Positions 62,175 through 64,000 of a stretch of 64,000 nucleotides of DNA are shown here, in pieces. The notes under the pieces were generated by a model that was not told the DNA's origin, ran no database searches, and worked only from the letters and a program-made list of their open reading frames with translations. The stretch's first letter is position 1. Each line of letters opens with the position of its first letter. The stretch comes from Cladosporium halotolerans (lineage: Eukaryota), in assembly GCF_011745625.1 (NCBI RefSeq), contig NW_027191467.1, positions 310,001 to 374,000 of the forward strand. The letters are read 5' to 3'. The translations under genes were made by a program, and so were the position numbers.

Positions 62175-63356
62175 AAGCTTACTGCAGCTTTGGAAAATGG
62201 AAGAAAGAGGGATGGCATGACTCGAAGCACTCGGATCATGACTCCCGGATGATGATGATGAAGAAGCTAAGATCGTCAACGACACTCCGCCGTGACGAGG
62301 CTTTTTCCGCCGCAATGGCAAACACACGCTACGCAGAGGAGAGGACCAGCGCCGTCCCACGCTCGTGGGGAGGAGGCACCAGTTGGATGGGATGTGCGGG
62401 AAGTGGTTGATTGGTGGATAGAAAATCAAGCATTCGACGGCTGTCAAGATGGCAGTGTGCTGGTGGAAAGGTCCTGTAGTAGAAGTGTAAGTAGGAGACT
62501 ATGCCATCTATCTCTTAAGTAGAGATGGGAAGAATGTATAATATTGATTGACAATGTTATGTTGATGTTGCATCAAAACTCAGTTTTAAAGGTCACTTCG
62601 TCCTGCTATATTCCGTCAACCGGTATTTTTACCTACGCCCTGGCCCGTAAGATATAGAGGTGGTCTCCTTCGGGAACAACTAACCACGATCTGGAGGAGC
62701 AAACAGGTGAAGATGCTCGACTGCCGACTTCCGGATTTTAAACGTCAGCGTTGTCGCTGTCCCGAGTATTGCCCTGAGACCTTTTCCCGATCACTATGCT
62801 GTTGAATGACAGGGCGAGCGAAATCCGGGGTCAGTCTGTTCGTCTCATCCTCGACGTCGCCAATACCACTTTCTGCTTTTCTACTCGATCACACACGTGA
62901 CGCAGAAATAAACATCCAGATCTGTCTGCCCAGGCCCTTGCTGACCTCGTGCTCTCATCTTTCCCCGCTTCAGCTCCACCTCGCCGGCCGAAGCCTAGGT
63001 ACTCATGGCACCTCACACCGTATGCCGACGAGCCCTACGACTGCCCTCCTTTGCCCCGTGTAGCCGCGCCGCTGGTGGATGAGTACTAAGTAGTAACAAG
63101 GAGATATTTCCGCGCTTCGCCAATGGTGGGTCCTGCGATTCCTCTGACTACCTGTTTCGTTCCGTTGTACCTTACTAAGCCCTGACGTCCCATACCTACT
63201 TCACCTGTATAATAGAAGTGCAAGACGGCCGCACCGCGTGCGATTTTCTAACACAACCAGTCTGACACGCTACTCCTCGTCCTTTCCTCGATCAAAGACT
63301 TCTTCATCGCCCCGCCGTCGGACCAGAACCGCTTGCGCGTCCTGCCTCAGCCCAAA

Positions 63357-64000
63357 ATGCCTATGAACGCCGAAGAGCCGCTGACTCTCGTGCCGGACGA
63401 GTCGCGGCCGAGCGTTGGGGTTGACGATGGGCAGAAGTCGGCGGGCGCTTCGAGGTTCAATCCGAAGTTCACGGATGCGGTGATTGCGGCGACGGGCCCG
63501 AAGGCCAACAAGAGGCTTGCTCAGGTCATGCCCAGCTTGCTGAGGCATTTGCACGATTTTGCGAGAGAGAATGAGATTACGGTTGATGAGTGGATGGCTG
63601 CTGTCAATATGGTGAGACTTACACCTTTCCTGCAGCGTGTTTGACATTCAGTCTGCTGACCTCCCTTCTTGTAGGTCAACGAGGCCGGCAGGATGTCCGA
63701 CGAGAAACGCAACGAAGGCCAGCTCTTGCAAGACATCCTCGGAATGGAAACTCTAGTAGACGAAATCACATACACCCTCGCCAACGAAGCCCAAGACCAA
63801 CCCACCGCCACAGCTGTGAGATCTCTCTCATCCCATCTCCCCAACCCACCCTTCTCTAACCGGCCCAGATCCTTGGCCCCTTCTGGCGGCACGGCGCCCC
63901 CAAACGTAACCTCGGCGACTCCATAATCGACGCCGACCAAGGCGGCGACAAAACCCACATGCACGGCACCGTCACCGACTTCACGACCAACAAACCCATC
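63357..64000 (+). CDS. Intradiol ring-cleavage dioxygenase (catechol/hydroxyquinol 1,2-dioxygenase-like), 3'-truncated; introns 63612-63674 and 63816-63868
   Basis: FTDAVIAATGP...RLAQVMPSLLRHLHDFARE...EW, RNEGQLLQDILGMETLVD and TATA|ILGPFWR. Confidence 0.9.

Overview
Gene-dense, intron-containing genomic DNA from a filamentous ascomycete. The short GT-AG introns with CTRAC/CTAAC branch points and the gene content suggest a Dothideomycete; this is inference. About 29 protein-coding genes can be supported, and no rRNA, tRNA, intact transposon or CRISPR array was seen. Highlights: (1) a carX/carRA/carB/opsin carotenoid-retinal-rhodopsin cluster with an atypical photolyase/cryptochrome gene directly beside it; each cluster promoter carries a CRE-like TGACGT; (2) a [D1,2] spliceosomal twin intron (stwintron) that is needed to restore the reading frame of an M20 amidohydrolase gene; (3) tandem MET16-MET3 sulfate-assimilation genes with a repeated CYS3/MetR-like motif; (4) eIF1 with a poor-context start codon; (5) recurrent C-rich to G/T-rich skew flips that ignore gene orientation. 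Splice models and residue alignments were made by eye.
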